Below are positions 38,497 through 40,537 of a stretch of 40,537 nt of DNA, piece by piece. The DNA comes from Promethearchaeota archaeon (lineage in GTDB: Archaea > Asgardarchaeota > Lokiarchaeia > Sigyniarchaeales > SOKP01): NCBI GenBank assembly GCA_048941065.1, contig JBHLNY010000003.1, forward strand, positions 1-40,537, written 5' to 3'. The notes under the pieces were generated by a model. It had not been told where the DNA came from, ran no database searches, and saw only the letters and a program-made list of their open reading frames with translations. The translations under genes and the position numbers were made by a program. Position 1 is the stretch's first letter. Each line of letters opens with the position of its first letter.

Positions 38497-39854
38497 GTAT
38501 TATTTTTATTTCTTTTTATTTTTGAATAATAATCAAATAGTAGTCTATAACCTCGTACAGCACGCTCAATTTCATTTTCAAAAACTGGAATTTTTATCTC
38601 AGAAGCAGACTTAAATACTCGTTTAGCCCCTTCATGTTCTGCCTGTATTAAAATAGCTATAATTGGCTTATTAGGATAAGAATTTCTTATACTTTCAAAA
38701 ATATTAAAATCAAATTCAATTTCAATAAAAAATTCCAAAGCAAGAATTAAACCATCAACATTTTGATCTCTTAACAATGTACTTGCAGAGGTATTATATA
38801 TACCGCAAATTTTTATACCAATAAATTTCTCGGGTGGCCAATAATCAACAGGATTACCATAGGCACAAGTTGAACCACCAATTTTACTTGTAATGATATC
38901 TTGAGATTGTTTATTAGGTTTTGCTAAAGATAAATGTTGTTTTCTCATTTCTTTTACAATCAGATGAATGGCACCTGAGCTAGGTCCAATAATCCCTAAA
39001 TTGGGACCTTTAGGTTCTGGACACCATAAAAATATTTTAGCTATTTCAAAAAGTTCAATATAATTTAATACTGATATTCCTCCTGCTTTTTCTAATTGTT
39101 TTTCTCTTAATTCATCCTTACCGACATAAAAGAACAGGACTGGTTTATATGGAGAAATTTTCTTGACCGCTTCAATTAATTCATCTGAGATTTCCCTCAA
39201 AAATAGGGAAATGACTTTAACTGTTCTATCATTGAGAAAGAACTCGATAATATCTTCTTCACTAACATGGAAACCTTTTCCTAAATGTATTACTTTTGAA
39301 ATAGGCAATTTTTGTGAGGGTGTCCACCATCCTAATGCGCCTGCTAACCCACCGGATTGTGCAATAAAGCCTATACCCTCCTTTATGTTTTTATTTTCTC
39401 TCATTATATGTTGTCTAACAGGAATAATCGATGTCGTAAAGTTATCAATAAAGTTAATAATTCCAATCATCGAAGGTCCTAGATAGGTGATTCCAAATTT
39501 TTCACAGAGTTTATGCAGTTGTAATGTTAGTTCAGTATCATTAGTTCCTGTTTTTAGTTCAGATTGAATTGTTATGTACTTTATACCAAATTTTCCCAAC
39601 TCTTCAACAATACTTAAAATTTCTGTTCCTAAAACGATTACTGCTAATTCAGGAATTTCAGATAACTCTTCCAAAGAGTGATATGACTTAACTCCTAAGA
39701 TCTCATTAGCATTAGGATTTAAAATGTAGAGTTTGCCTTTATAAAAAATTTCTAAGAGATTTTTTAATACAGTATAACTAAAAGTGTAAGCTTTTCGAGA
39801 GACGCCTACAATTAATATGCTCTTTGGGTTAAAAAAAGGTTCTAAATTCTTCAC
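38493..39854 (-). CDS. Acyl-CoA synthetase (ADP-forming) alpha-subunit-like protein lacking the phospho-His loop
   Basis: FFNPKSILIVGVS CoA-binding domain, LGPSMIG, FIAQSGG, GPSSGA, GNPVD; no SHTG motif. Confidence 0.8.
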   Translation of the reverse strand: MKNLEPFFNPKSILIVGVSRKAYTFSYTVLKNLLEIFYKGKLYILNPNANEILGVKSYHSLEELSEIPELAVIVLGTEILSIVEELGKFGIKYITIQSELKTGTNDTELTLQLHKLCEKFGITYLGPSMIGIINFIDNFTTSIIPVRQHIMRENKNIKEGIGFIAQSGGLAGALGWWTPSQKLPISKVIHLGKGFHVSEEDIIEFFLNDRTVKVISLFLREISDELIEAVKKISPYKPVLFFYVGKDELREKQLEKAGGISVLNYIELFEIAKIFLWCPEPKGPNLGIIGPSSGAIHLIVKEMRKQHLSLAKPNKQSQDIITSKIGGSTCAYGNPVDYWPPEKFIGIKICGIYNTSASTLLRDQNVDGLILALEFFIEIEFDFNIFESIRNSYPNKPIIAILIQAEHEGAKRVFKSASEIKIPVFENEIERAVRGYRLLFDYYSKIKRNKNNT

Positions 39855-39983
39855 AATTATCTATTAAAGTAATTTTACAATTTTGGTATTTAAAATAAAC
39901 ATTATATAATATTCTATAAATTAACTAGATTTATTTAATTATTTCAAATGAATCATAGGTAATATTCGAGACTTAGATTTTTT

Positions 39984-40118
39984 ATGGTTGAACAGAGTAT
40001 TATTGCATTAGGTCTTTTATTTGGAATAATTAGTACCTTAATCCTTCATTTAGCTAAAGCTATGTAAAGGCAAGGAATAGAAATCTTCTCAAGAAAGTAT
40101 TGGGAAGTTTCTTCATGA
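39984..40118 (+). pseudogene. Probable remnant of a membrane-protein gene 5' end
   Basis: MVEQSIIALGLLFGIISTLILHLAKAM*RQGIEIFSRKYWEVSS*; TM-like helix, protein-like sequence continues past TAA at 40065-40067. Confidence 0.35.
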
Positions 40119-40172
40119 ATATTTTTAAGAAAACAAGCGAACATCTAAAAATTAAAGTACAAAAAGATTAGG

Positions 40173-40537
40173 TTATACTGTGGCAAATTCTAATTCATAA
40201 ATAGGTACTTCTTTTCTTTTCTTATCGTCATATAGTGGCAATCCTGACTGCTTCAGGAGTTCTGGAGTTCTATACTGAAGAACAACAATTTGACATGAAC
40301 TAGCTACTTTCATACTTGCTACTCTAAGTCTATCTCTCACTAATGAAAGATTTCTTATATAAATGCCTACATCTACAATTATTTGGCCTGCTTTAACACG
40401 GGCACATACTCCAGTAGATCTCCCAAAAGAATTCCTCATACCTGATTGTACTCGATCAGCACCAGCAAAAGCTAACATTCTATTTTCTCGTATTTTTTGA
40501 AATGGTTTTGGTCGTATACGAAGTCGAAAATTTTGTC
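40173..40537 (-). CDS. rpl10e: Ribosomal protein uL16 (L10e), 5'-truncated by the window edge
   Basis: Frame open to the edge: QNFRLRIRPKPFQKIRENRMLAFAGADRVQSGMRNSFGRSTGVCARVKAGQII. Confidence 0.93.
   Translation of the reverse strand, partial: QNFRLRIRPKPFQKIRENRMLAFAGADRVQSGMRNSFGRSTGVCARVKAGQIIVDVGIYIRNLSLVRDRLRVASMKVASSCQIVVLQYRTPELLKQSGLPLYDDKKRKEVPIYELEFATV

Noticed and set aside
1606-39486. Short antisense or overlapping ORFs in the track (e.g. 1606-1845, 2368-2610, 6582-6884, 12469-12942, 17721-18074, 37497-37793, 39163-39486)
   Set aside because: They are shadows of well-supported genes, with no motifs of their own.
1-40537. CRISPR arrays, tRNA (including tRNA-Sec), rRNA, IS elements
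   Set aside because: I saw no regularly spaced repeats, cloverleaf-like GC-rich segments or transposase ORFs. The long similar stretches are explained by hdrA and surface-protein paralogy.

Overview
Very AT-rich archaeal DNA, most likely an Asgard archaeon of the Lokiarchaeia type. The evidence is an archaeal/eukaryotic-type uL16 (rpl10e), a Rag/Gtr-like GTPase, an alpha-arrestin-like protein, an MglA-like GTPase and Sec recoding; the taxon is inferred, not looked up. The centrepiece is a ~13 kb minus-strand heterodisulfide-reductase-like cluster (2945-16058): hdrA(Sec x3) - mvhD(Sec x2) - candidate SECIS - frhB-like - frhB-like - hdrD-like - double-domain hdrA(Cys) - mvhD(Cys) // second double-domain hdrA lacking one Fe-S domain. 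The ORF track breaks or misses the first two genes because they contain five in-frame TGA codons. Each TGA aligns to a conserved Cys in the Cys-type paralogs in the same window, which is strong evidence for selenocysteine. The only SECIS-like structure I found lies 3' of the second gene and has a non-canonical core. The rest of the window holds a sulfatase, an MFS transporter, a PadR/epimerase pair, membrane proteins, a HEAT protein-FrhB-Rag GTPase run, tag, a HAD hydrolase, an unannotated 53-aa zinc finger, an arrestin-like protein, an IolB/KduI-like cupin, MglA, a nucleoside phosphorylase, Nfu, two paralogous acidic surface proteins sharing an upstream motif next to a wHTH regulator, an AcdA-like protein lacking its catalytic His loop, two small gene remnants and the 3' part of rpl10e. 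I saw no rRNA, tRNA, CRISPR array or mobile element.
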